From: Opitutales bacterium
Lineage (GTDB): Bacteria > Verrucomicrobiota > Verrucomicrobiia > Opitutales > UBA953
NCBI GenBank assembly: GCA_044232865.1
Contig: JBIILC010000001.1
Coordinates: 11,652 to 75,651, forward strand
Direction of reading: 5' to 3'
Length of the DNA: 64,000 bases
Shown here: one piece after another, positions 17,071 to 25,652 of the stretch
How positions within the stretch are numbered: position 1 is the stretch's first letter
Layout: each line of letters opens with the position of its first letter
The notes under the pieces: model-generated
The model's input: the letters and a program-made list of their open reading frames with translations, nothing else
Databases searched by the model: none
Told to the model about the DNA's origin: nothing
Position numbers and translations under genes: made by a program

Positions 17071-17186
17071 TTCTTGGCCTTCTTCTTGCTCGCGGCGACG
17101 CGGGCAACCTTGACGCGAGCCTTCTTGCGTTCGAGGTAGGCGCGGCGACGGCGACGCTTGATGACTTTATTGCTCTGTTGGCCCAT
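17067..17186 (-). CDS. candidate 39-aa highly basic small protein (absent from the ORF track)
   Basis: MGQQSNKVIKRRRRRAYLERKKARVKVARVAASKKKAKK. GGGAGGA lies 10 nt upstream of the ATG. Its TGA overlaps the GTG start of the lipoprotein gene (GTGA). GC-rich third positions. Confidence 0.35.
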   Translation of the reverse strand: MGQQSNKVIKRRRRRAYLERKKARVKVARVAASKKKAKK

Positions 17187-17277
17187 AGTGAATGCATCCT
17201 CCCGCAACCTCTTGGATGGTCAAGGAGAAGGTTTACGGACCTTCCCCGGAGGGTCGGGGCGAGGAAAGAGTCCTTTC

Positions 17278-17352
<75 letters not shown>

Positions 17353-17555
17353 GTGCGAAAGGAGTCCAATCAAGGCAAGGTCGGGGCGTCTCTGTCAAAC
17401 AAATCCTCCGACCGACCGCGGAGGATTTTATCCCCGAAAAGACTCTGCAATCATCCGAAAAGCACGGATTGGCGGGGGTGCGCGACGACATTCGCCCCAC
17501 GGCCCCCTAATCTCTGGACACCCTTGTGCGGCCTGTCTTCCTTGTGCGTCTTCCT

Positions 17556-18527
17556 ATGCGCTGGACCCGACTTCCTGAAACTCCCAACGCCCCCGGCTTC
17601 GGTGGCGCCTTCGTGGGCACCTCTGGAGACCTGCTCCTTTGTGGTGGCGGCTCCAACTTCCCTGACAAGCCGGCCTGGGATGGCGGCGTTAAGGTCTGGC
17701 ATGACGAAGTCTTCTCCCTCGCCAGCACCCGCTCCAAGAAGTGGGCGAGCCTCGGTAAACTGCCCCGCCCTTGCGGCTACGGCGTCAGTGTCTCGATCCG
17801 CCAAGGGCTCCTGATGATCGGCGGCGCTGACTCGCATCGCCATTACGCCGATTGCTACACGCTGTCGGTCGAAGAAGGCGAACTCAAGGTCCGCCCCTTC
17901 CCGTTCCTCCCCCGCCCGCTCGCCTATGCGACCGGCGCGCTCGTCGGCAGCAAGGTCATCGTCGCCGGCGGCACCGAACGCCCGGACGCCACCGCAGCCT
18001 CCTCTAGCGCTTTCGCCATCGACCTCGCTAATCTCAACGCCGGCTGGAAAGAACTCCCTCTCTGCGCCGGATCCGGACGCATGCTCGCCCAGTCCGCCGG
18101 CACGAAGGACACGTTCTTCCTCTTCGGTGGCGTTGCGCTGAGCCCCGGAGCCAAAGGTGTCGAACGCGAATTCCTTTCCGACTGTCACGCCTTCACCCTC
18201 GGCAAGGAATGGCGCCTCCTCTCCGCAATGCCCCGCGCGATCGCCGGCGCGCCTTCACCCTGCCCGATCTTCGACAACGATATCCTCGTGCTCGGTGGCG
18301 ACGACGGTAAGTTGGCCGGCAAGGTCGAAGCCTCGAAGCATCCAGGCTACGCAAAATCGGTCCTCTCTTACGACAAGTCCACCGACACTTGGACCGAAGC
18401 CGAAGAAGGTTCGGCCAACGTACTCTCGACCGCTTGCACGAAGTGGTCCGGCGGCTATGCCCTGACCAACGGCGAGCTCCGTCCGTTCGTCCGCTCCGCC
18501 GAAGGCTGGCTACTCCGCCCCGAATAA
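17556..18527 (+). CDS. cyclically permuted mutarotase / NanM-like Kelch beta-propeller, no signal peptide
   Basis: GGGSNFPDKPAWDGGVKVWHDEVF plus repeated Kelch-like GG motifs. Paralog of the next gene. ATG 17556 preferred over the track GTG 17526. Confidence 0.65.
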   Translation: MRWTRLPETPNAPGFGGAFVGTSGDLLLCGGGSNFPDKPAWDGGVKVWHDEVFSLASTRSKKWASLGKLPRPCGYGVSVSIRQGLLMIGGADSHRHYADCYTLSVEEGELKVRPFPFLPRPLAYATGALVGSKVIVAGGTERPDATAASSSAFAIDLANLNAGWKELPLCAGSGRMLAQSAGTKDTFFLFGGVALSPGAKGVEREFLSDCHAFTLGKEWRLLSAMPRAIAGAPSPCPIFDNDILVLGGDDGKLAGKVEASKHPGYAKSVLSYDKSTDTWTEAEEGSANVLSTACTKWSGGYALTNGELRPFVRSAEGWLLRPE

Positions 18528-18583
18528 GCGTTGGGGCTGGCGAGACGCCGGAAAGGGACTACAAAAAGCCCCACCCCGGCGCC

Positions 18584-19633
18584 ATGCTCCGCCTTACCCC
18601 ATTACTCGGCCTCTTCGTGGCAGCGCTCGCTGGCGCGCAGGCTGAGCCGTTACCAGACCTGCCCGATCCGCTTGGCCGTGCCGGCATGATGGCGGCCGTC
18701 CTGCGTGAAGCCGACGGCAGCGAGGTCATCGTGGCCACGGGCGGCACGAATTTCCCGGACAAGATGCCCTGGCAAGGTGGCCAGCGGAAATATCACAAGG
18801 ACATCCTCAAGCTTTCGCGCAAGGACGGCGTCTGGAGTTGGCACAAGATTGGCGATTTGCCCGAAGGTCTAGTCGGCGCGGCGTTCTGTCCGACGCCTAA
18901 GCGCGACGGGCTGGTCATCGCCGGCGGAGCTTCGACCGAAGGACATCGTGCGGACGTCTGGCTCGTCGGCTTGAATGGCAAGGTCACTCGCTTCGCCGAA
19001 AGCATGACTCGCCCGCGTGCCTACGCTGGCTTCACCTCGGCCAACGGACACCTCATCGTCATCGGCGGCATCGCCCGGCCCGACGACATGACCACAATCC
19101 AGACCCTGACGTCGCTCGACCTCGACGACCCCGATAAACCTTGGCGCACCTCCGACGTCGACCCAAGTTTCGGGCGTATCATCCCGCTCGTGGGCGCGGG
19201 TCTAAGCAAACTCGTCTGGGGCGGTGGCTGCTCGCTCTCGGAAAAGGACGGTAAGCCTTTCCGCAGCTACCACGAGAATCTCGCCTACCAATCCACTAAC
19301 GGGGAAGGCAATCGCTTCCACGGCCTACCCAACAAGCTCGCCGGGGCCGCTGGCCCGGGCGTGCTCTCGCAGACGCATCTATTCTTTGTCGGCGGCGACG
19401 ACGGCACCCAATATGGCCAGCCTTACGAGACGCACACCGGCTTGGCACGGCGCATCCTCGTCATGGACCTCGAGACCTTCGAGGTGACTGACCTCGGCGA
19501 ATGGCCACACCCCGTCGCGGTCACGCCACTCCTGAGACTAGGTGATGACCTTGTCACCGTGAGCGGTGAAGTGCGACCCGGCGTCCGCACGGCCAAGCTC
19601 ACCCGATGGCCGATCCCCGCCAAATACCGATGA
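18584..19633 (+). CDS. cyclically permuted mutarotase / NanM-like Kelch beta-propeller, with signal peptide
   Basis: MLRLTPLLGLFVAALAGAQA signal, then GGTNFPDKMPWQGGQRKYHKDIL. The track ORF 18389 is trimmed to ATG 18584. Confidence 0.7.
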   Translation: MLRLTPLLGLFVAALAGAQAEPLPDLPDPLGRAGMMAAVLREADGSEVIVATGGTNFPDKMPWQGGQRKYHKDILKLSRKDGVWSWHKIGDLPEGLVGAAFCPTPKRDGLVIAGGASTEGHRADVWLVGLNGKVTRFAESMTRPRAYAGFTSANGHLIVIGGIARPDDMTTIQTLTSLDLDDPDKPWRTSDVDPSFGRIIPLVGAGLSKLVWGGGCSLSEKDGKPFRSYHENLAYQSTNGEGNRFHGLPNKLAGAAGPGVLSQTHLFFVGGDDGTQYGQPYETHTGLARRILVMDLETFEVTDLGEWPHPVAVTPLLRLGDDLVTVSGEVRPGVRTAKLTRWPIPAKYR

Positions 19634-20856
19634 ACGAAACTCCTTCCGCCTCTCGCACGGCATGGCTGGTCGTCATGCTACTCATTCCGGTCGCGTTGCT
19701 CAACTACCTCGACCGCCAGATGCTCGCGACGATGAAGTCGTCCATGCTCGGCGACCTGCCGGACATTCAGACCAAGGCGCAGTGGGGCCTGGTCCTTGGT
19801 TCATTCAAATGGGTCTACGCAATCTTCAGCCCTATCGGCGGCTACCTCGCCGACCGAGTCAGCCGACGCCACGTCATCTGCTTCAGCCTCTTCGCATGGT
19901 CCGCGGTCACCTGGGCCACCGGCCAGGTTAATAACTACGACCAACTGCTCTGGACGCGCGCCATCATGGGCGTCAGCGAAGCCTTCTACATTCCCGCCGC
20001 GCTCGCACTGATTGCCGACTACCACCTCGGGCCTACGCGTTCACGGGCGATTGGGCTCCACCAGATGGGCATTTACATCGGGGTCATCATCGGCGGCTTC
20101 GCCGGCTACGCCGCGGACGAGCCGACCATCGGCTGGCGCGGCGCCTTCGCATGGTGCGGCCTGCTCGGCATCGCCTACTCCATCCCGCTCTTTCTATTCC
20201 TGCGCAACCGACCAGCGACCGAGCAGGCAACAGTCAGCCCGACCGCAGGCTCGACCGTCCGCTCGCTGCTCGGCAATCCCAGCTTCCTGCTTCTTGTAGT
20301 TTACTTCACCTTACCCGCGATGGCGGCATGGGTCGTGCGCGACTGGATGCCTGATATCCTCCGCGAACGTTTCAACCTTGGCCAAGGCAAGGCGGGTGTC
20401 TCCGCGGTCATTTATTGGCAACTCGCCGCTATCGTTGGCGCGGTGCTCGGAGGCTGGCTCGCGGACCGCTGGATACGTACGAATATCCGCGGGCGTATCT
20501 TTGTCAGCGCGATCGGCACGTTCCTACTCCTGCCGGCCCTCTTCGGCGTGGGTAACGCGTCCACCCTCCTCGTGGCCGTGCTCTTCCTCATCGTCTTTGG
20601 GCTCGGGTGGGGCTTCTTTGACTGCAATAGCATGCCCATCCTCTGCCAGCTCGTCGGACCGGAACATCGCGCCACGGGCTATGGCCTGATGAACTTCGTG
20701 AGTATCAGTTGCGGAGGATTCGCTGACTGGATCTTCGGCGTCTTGCGAGACCGGCACATGCCGCTGAACCTCATCTTTGGCGTCTTCGCCGGCATCGCAT
20801 TGCTCTCCATTTTCGTCGCACTCTGCATCCGCCCGCGCGAAAGCACCACCTCCTGA
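19630..20856 (+). CDS. MFS transporter (candidate sialic acid/sugar-acid permease by context)
   Basis: 12-TM MFS pattern including LLNYLDRQ and GGYLADRVSRR. Its ATG overlaps the preceding stop (ATGA). Confidence 0.75.
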   Translation: MNETPSASRTAWLVVMLLIPVALLNYLDRQMLATMKSSMLGDLPDIQTKAQWGLVLGSFKWVYAIFSPIGGYLADRVSRRHVICFSLFAWSAVTWATGQVNNYDQLLWTRAIMGVSEAFYIPAALALIADYHLGPTRSRAIGLHQMGIYIGVIIGGFAGYAADEPTIGWRGAFAWCGLLGIAYSIPLFLFLRNRPATEQATVSPTAGSTVRSLLGNPSFLLLVVYFTLPAMAAWVVRDWMPDILRERFNLGQGKAGVSAVIYWQLAAIVGAVLGGWLADRWIRTNIRGRIFVSAIGTFLLLPALFGVGNASTLLVAVLFLIVFGLGWGFFDCNSMPILCQLVGPEHRATGYGLMNFVSISCGGFADWIFGVLRDRHMPLNLIFGVFAGIALLSIFVALCIRPRESTTS

Positions 20857-20858
20857 CC

Positions 20859-21776
20859 ATGTCCGCCTTCAAGTTCACCGGCCTCTGCACGGCCACCCAT
20901 ACACCTTTCCATGCCGACGGCTCGCTCAACCTCGCCGTCGTCGAAAAGCAGGCCGCCTTCCTCCGCGGCAAAGGCATCACGTCCGTATTCATCGGCGGCA
21001 CCACCGGCGAAAGCAGTTCGCTCACCGCCGCCGAACGTGCCGCGCTCAATGACCGCTGGGCCGTCGTCGGTCCGGCCTCCGGCATCGACGTTATCGTCCA
21101 CGTCGGCGCGAATTGCCTGACCGAAGCCGCCCAACTCGCCGCACACGCGGAGAAGAATCAGGCCAAGGCCGTGTCAATGATCGCGCCTTCCTACTTCAAG
21201 CCCCGTAAGATGGCTGACCTCGTGGCCAGCTGCGCAATGGTGGCCAAGGCCGCCCCGCGCACGCCGTTCTATTATTACGACATCCCCGGCATGACCGGCA
21301 TCAGCGGCTTCCCGGTGGACGAATTCCTCAAGGCCGCCTCGCCGGTCATCCCGAATCTTGCGGGCGTAAAGTACTCCAACCCTGACCTCGACGCGATGCG
21401 CCGGGCGCAGACGCTCGAGGGGGGCCGCTTCGACCTGCCCTTCGGCGTCGATGAACGCTTCCTGTTGGCGCTACGCGCCGGGGCGACAGCCGGAGTCGGC
21501 AGCACCTATAACTTCAACGCCGGCCCCCTGCTCCGCACGATCGCGGCGCATGCGAAAGGTGACGCCGCCTTGGCCGAAGCCGAACAGGCCAAGGTTCAGC
21601 CCGTCGTCGATATTCTCGCCAAGCGCGGCTACATGGGCGCCGCCAAGGCCTTGATGGGGCACCTCGGCGTGCCGCTCGGCCCCGCCCGCCTGCCTAATGG
21701 CAACCCCGACGCCAACGAGACGAAGAAGATGATCGGTGAACTCGAAGCCATCGGCTTCTTCAGCTGGAATTTCTAA
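20859..21776 (+). CDS. nanA: N-acetylneuraminate lyase (DapA/NanA family)
   Basis: GGTTGESSSLT and the Schiff-base lysine context NLAGVKYSNPD. Sits 2 nt after the MFS gene and 2 nt before the sialidase gene. Confidence 0.75.
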   Translation: MSAFKFTGLCTATHTPFHADGSLNLAVVEKQAAFLRGKGITSVFIGGTTGESSSLTAAERAALNDRWAVVGPASGIDVIVHVGANCLTEAAQLAAHAEKNQAKAVSMIAPSYFKPRKMADLVASCAMVAKAAPRTPFYYYDIPGMTGISGFPVDEFLKAASPVIPNLAGVKYSNPDLDAMRRAQTLEGGRFDLPFGVDERFLLALRAGATAGVGSTYNFNAGPLLRTIAAHAKGDAALAEAEQAKVQPVVDILAKRGYMGAAKALMGHLGVPLGPARLPNGNPDANETKKMIGELEAIGFFSWNF

Positions 21777-21778
21777 AC

Positions 21779-22867
21779 ATGCGTCTCGCCCTCCTCCTCA
21801 GCCTGCTCTCCGTTAGCGCACTCGCGGCAGACGGAAACGACGTCATCGTCTTCGAAGCCAAGCAGAACCTATCGCACCCCTCCGTCCGCATCCCTTCGCT
21901 GCTACGCACGCAGAAGGGCACGCTGCTCGCCGTCGCCGAAGGACGCGACAAGCCCACCGACCAAGCTGGAAACGACTTGGTAATCTCCTTCTCAAAGGAT
22001 GAAGGCGCCACCTGGTCTAAGCCCGTCGTCGCCTACGAACAGGGTGCGGACAGCTGCAATAACCCTTGCCTCGTCCAGGAAACCAAGTCCGGCCGTATCT
22101 TCCTCTTCTACCAGACCTTCCCGGCTGGCGGGCATGAGTTCGGTGCGCTGCCCGTCGGGCCCGCCGATCCGAAAGGCAATCGCTCTTGCTTCATCACCTC
22201 AGATGACGACGGCGTGACGTGGAGCAAGCCGACCGACGTCTCCGCGACCCTCAAACCCGACGAAGCTATCACCACCGCTTCTGGTCCCGGCATCGGCATC
22301 CAGCTCAAGTCGGGGCCCAAGGCCGGCCGTCTGGTCATTCCGTTCAACTCTCAGGACGCAAAGAAGAACTTCTACAACTGGGTCGCCTACAGCGACGACG
22401 CTGGCGCCACTTGGAAGCGTGGCGAGAAAGTGCCGCAGACCGAAACAATCCAGCTGAACGAAGTCCAGGTGGCCGAGTCCGTGGGTGGCGGCCTTTACCT
22501 GAATTCTCGCAGCTGGCGTCGTGGGTCCAGCCTGCGCAAGATTTCTTGGTCACAAGATGCCGGCGAGACCTGGACTCAGGCCGCCGAGGACGCCGTCCTG
22601 ACCGACCCCATCTGCCAAGGCAGCCTGCTTCGCCTGGATGATCGCACCATCGCCTTCCTTAATGCCGCTGGACCCAAGCGCGCCAACGGCACGCTACGCC
22701 TCACGAACGACGACGGCCGCACGTGGGCGAGTTCGCGCCTTACCTTTCCTGGACCCTTCGCTTACAGCAGTATGGCGCTCCTCAAGGACGGACGCATCGG
22801 TGTGCTCTATGAGCCGGCCAGTAACACCGTCGTAAAGTTCCGCGTCATCGATCCGTCTGGACGCTGA
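21779..22867 (+). CDS. exo-alpha-sialidase (GH33)
   Basis: Signal peptide, RIP motif (VRIPSLL) and five Asp-boxes: SKDEGATWS, SDDDGVTWS, SDDAGATWK, SQDAGETWT, NDDGRTWA. Confidence 0.9.
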   Translation: MRLALLLSLLSVSALAADGNDVIVFEAKQNLSHPSVRIPSLLRTQKGTLLAVAEGRDKPTDQAGNDLVISFSKDEGATWSKPVVAYEQGADSCNNPCLVQETKSGRIFLFYQTFPAGGHEFGALPVGPADPKGNRSCFITSDDDGVTWSKPTDVSATLKPDEAITTASGPGIGIQLKSGPKAGRLVIPFNSQDAKKNFYNWVAYSDDAGATWKRGEKVPQTETIQLNEVQVAESVGGGLYLNSRSWRRGSSLRKISWSQDAGETWTQAAEDAVLTDPICQGSLLRLDDRTIAFLNAAGPKRANGTLRLTNDDGRTWASSRLTFPGPFAYSSMALLKDGRIGVLYEPASNTVVKFRVIDPSGR

Positions 22868-22870
22868 GTC

Positions 22871-23542
22871 TCAGTCGTTGGGGATGAACGGAGTCGATAC
22901 GGCCGCAGCGACAGGCTCGCCGTAATAATGTCGGATGGCACCCGCAAGGAAGTCCTTCACGTCAGCCGGCAGGAACGCCCCGAAGTGCGTCTCTTTGCCG
23001 AGTGACGTAATGACAATCGATTCGACCGGCTTCTTGTTATCACTCGACCCACGGAAGGCCAACGTGACCGCGACCCCTTCGCCCACCGGAAGCCTCCACG
23101 TCCAGCCGAGATAAGGCAGGATACGCCAGCGGACGATAAAGGCTTCGTCACTCAGAGTCACACGATAGCGAGCAAGTGAGAACGCGAGCCCGATCAGGAG
23201 GAACGGCACGTAAATCAGGCCCATAAAAAGGAAGTCCCACCAGTGCGCCTGAGTGATGAGTGTGCCGTTCATCTTGACGGTGCCGCCAGCGAGCCCAGCG
23301 AACATAAACGCCCCATGGAGGCAGGTGAAGGCCAGCCAGATCCATCCAAACCAGGTACCGAGGCGCACGCCGTATTGGACACCTTGGAAATCGAGCGAAG
23401 AGGCAACCTTGGGATGACCTTTCACCAACTCCTCGTCCGTCAACACTTTCGCCGGGCGACCGGCCTGCAGCGCCGCCTGCCGCGCCTCTGCCTCTTCCTT
23501 CATGCGGACGAGCTTAGCGCCGAGGTCTTGGATGAGTCCCAT
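22871..23542 (-). CDS. hypothetical membrane protein (TM hairpin + PH-like beta domain), paralog B
   Basis: Cytoplasmic helix, hydrophobic helices, then YRVTLSDEAFIVRWRILPYLGWTWRLPVGEGVAVTLAF. Collinear with the upstream paralog. Confidence 0.5.
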   Translation of the reverse strand: MGLIQDLGAKLVRMKEEAEARQAALQAGRPAKVLTDEELVKGHPKVASSLDFQGVQYGVRLGTWFGWIWLAFTCLHGAFMFAGLAGGTVKMNGTLITQAHWWDFLFMGLIYVPFLLIGLAFSLARYRVTLSDEAFIVRWRILPYLGWTWRLPVGEGVAVTLAFRGSSDNKKPVESIVITSLGKETHFGAFLPADVKDFLAGAIRHYYGEPVAAAVSTPFIPND

Positions 23543-23568
23543 GACTGTTGATGGCCTGATGGGGCGGC

Positions 23569-24222
23569 TTACGCAACGCCGTTGAAATAATGGTCGATCA
23601 GGATGGCGAGTCGGGCCCGCTCATTGTGGTCCAGATGCGTCCCGAAGGCTACCTCCGCTGCGCCTGAGCCCACGACCACGGATAACTGCCCCCAAGTCCC
23701 GACCGATTGGGGACCCCGCGAAACCTGGACACCACGATAGGCAAGTCCGACGTGGACCTCTCCGTCCAACGGCAGGCGCCACTCTCCATCCAGGTAGCCG
23801 AAGGTGCGACGGCGGACGACCAAGACATCATCGCCGAAAACGACTTCGTGGCTCTGCAGGATCATCCGGAACGGTAAATAGATCATCAGCAGGCAGGCCG
23901 GAATGGTCAGCAACGTAGCGTAAAGGAAGGGGTGAGTAGTCTTCTGCACGTAAGGGAAGACCAAGACGCAAATCGCCCCCACGCCCGCGACCAAGCCTAA
24001 GGACAGTAGCAGCCAGCTACCGAAGCCGATGACGTCGGAGCGCAGCAACCAGCCGTTGGCGCGAGGCTCCTGCCCAGGGAAAGGCCTGGCCAGTTCGGCG
24101 TGATGTTCCGGCAAGATGCGCAAGCCCTTCGTGGCAACGGCGAGATACTCCTTCTCCGCCCGCTCGGCGCACCACTGCTCGCACTCGACGAGCTGCTCCG
24201 ACAAGGGCTTCGTTTCGGCCAT
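23569..24222 (-). CDS. hypothetical membrane protein (TM hairpin + PH-like beta domain), paralog A
   Basis: Same architecture as paralog B: HEVVFGDDVLVVRRRTFGYLDGEWRLPLDGEVHVGLAY...LAILIDHYFNG. Confidence 0.5.
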   Translation of the reverse strand: MAETKPLSEQLVECEQWCAERAEKEYLAVATKGLRILPEHHAELARPFPGQEPRANGWLLRSDVIGFGSWLLLSLGLVAGVGAICVLVFPYVQKTTHPFLYATLLTIPACLLMIYLPFRMILQSHEVVFGDDVLVVRRRTFGYLDGEWRLPLDGEVHVGLAYRGVQVSRGPQSVGTWGQLSVVVGSGAAEVAFGTHLDHNERARLAILIDHYFNGVA

Positions 24223-24308
24223 GACATGACCCTAAGCGGTACTTCCGCTCCCACAAGCCAACGCTGGCTTGAACCAAAGGGGTTTCTGACTGTCCATAAG
24301 ACAACCCC

Positions 24309-25601
24309 ATGCGCTACCTCGTCGCCCTGCTCCTCCTGCCCTTGGCCGCCCTCGCAGATGGTACTAAATACACCGTCAGCTATCCGGCTTCGGACAAGCC
24401 CGGCGAACTGATCTTCGCCTCGACCTATAATCTCTGGCTGCCCGAAGGCGTGAAGACCGTCCGCGGCATCATCGTACACCAGCACGGCTGCGGCACCGGC
24501 TCCAACAAAGGCGCCGCGACCGCCGCCGACGACCTCCACTGGCAGGCCCTCGCCCGTAAATGGGACTGCGCCCTCGTCGGCCCAGTGATCGGCGAACCCG
24601 ACAAGGCCAACTGCCGCATGTGGTGCGATCCTCGTAACGGCTCCGATAAGACCTACCTGCAGGCCCTCGCCGACCTTGCCAAGCAGTCCGGCCACCCCGA
24701 GATTGCGACCGCCCCTTGGTGCCTCTGGGGCCACAGCGGCGGCGGCTTCTGGTCGAGCATCATGCAGGCGAAATACCCCGAGCGTATCGTCGCCATCTGG
24801 TTCCGCTCCGGCACGGCCTACTCCTACTGGCAGAAGCCCGAGGACCCGACCAAGGAACGCGCCATCCCCGAAGTCGTCCTGCCGCCTGCCGCCTACGAGA
24901 TTCCGATGATGGCCAACCCGGGCGCGAAGGAGAACGGCGACAAGCGCTTCAACGGAGCTTGGACCGGCAACCTCGCAATGTTCAAGGCCTACCGCGCCAA
25001 GGGTGCGCCCATCGGCTTCGCCCCGGATCCGCTCACCTCGCACCAGACCGGCGATCAGCGCTACGCCTCCATCGCTTTCTTCGATGCGTGCCTCGAACTC
25101 CGCCTACCTGAATCCGGCAACCAGCTCCGCAAGATCGACCAGTCGAAAGGCTGGCTGTCTCCCCTGCTCGGCAGCGAAGCCAAGTCCGCCGGCGAATACG
25201 CGGGCGACAAGGCCGAGTCCAACTGGCTGCCCAACGCGGCCTTCGCCAAGGCCTGGACGGAATACGTGAAGACCGGCGCCACCAACGACACCACGCCGCC
25301 GCCCGCGCCCTTCAACGTCGCGACCAAGGCCACCGCCGAGGGCGTCGAGCTTACTTGGGATGCGCACGCCGACTTCGAGAGCGGGATCCGCCAGTTCCTC
25401 ATCAAGAAAGACGGCCAGGTCGTCGGTCGCGTGCCAGAGAAACTCGTCAACCCGTATGGTCGGCCGCTCTTTCAGGGTATGAGCTACGGCGACACCCCGA
25501 CGCAGCCGCTCGCGCAGATGCGCTTCGTCGACAAGGGCGCCCAGGCTGGCGCGAAATACCAAGTCGTCGCGGTGAACTCCGCCGGGCTGGAGTCAAAGTA
25601 A
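24309..25601 (+). CDS. secreted alpha/beta-hydrolase-type esterase with C-terminal Fn3-like domain
   Basis: Signal MRYLVALLLLPLAALADG. Nucleophile elbow LWGHSGGGFW. C-terminal TTPPPAPFNVATKATAEGVELTWDAH... resembles fibronectin type III. Confidence 0.5.
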   Translation: MRYLVALLLLPLAALADGTKYTVSYPASDKPGELIFASTYNLWLPEGVKTVRGIIVHQHGCGTGSNKGAATAADDLHWQALARKWDCALVGPVIGEPDKANCRMWCDPRNGSDKTYLQALADLAKQSGHPEIATAPWCLWGHSGGGFWSSIMQAKYPERIVAIWFRSGTAYSYWQKPEDPTKERAIPEVVLPPAAYEIPMMANPGAKENGDKRFNGAWTGNLAMFKAYRAKGAPIGFAPDPLTSHQTGDQRYASIAFFDACLELRLPESGNQLRKIDQSKGWLSPLLGSEAKSAGEYAGDKAESNWLPNAAFAKAWTEYVKTGATNDTTPPPAPFNVATKATAEGVELTWDAHADFESGIRQFLIKKDGQVVGRVPEKLVNPYGRPLFQGMSYGDTPTQPLAQMRFVDKGAQAGAKYQVVAVNSAGLESK

Positions 25602-25652
25602 GCGCCGGATAACCTGCTTTAGACCGTGCGAAGCGAGGGCTACACCGCGCGG

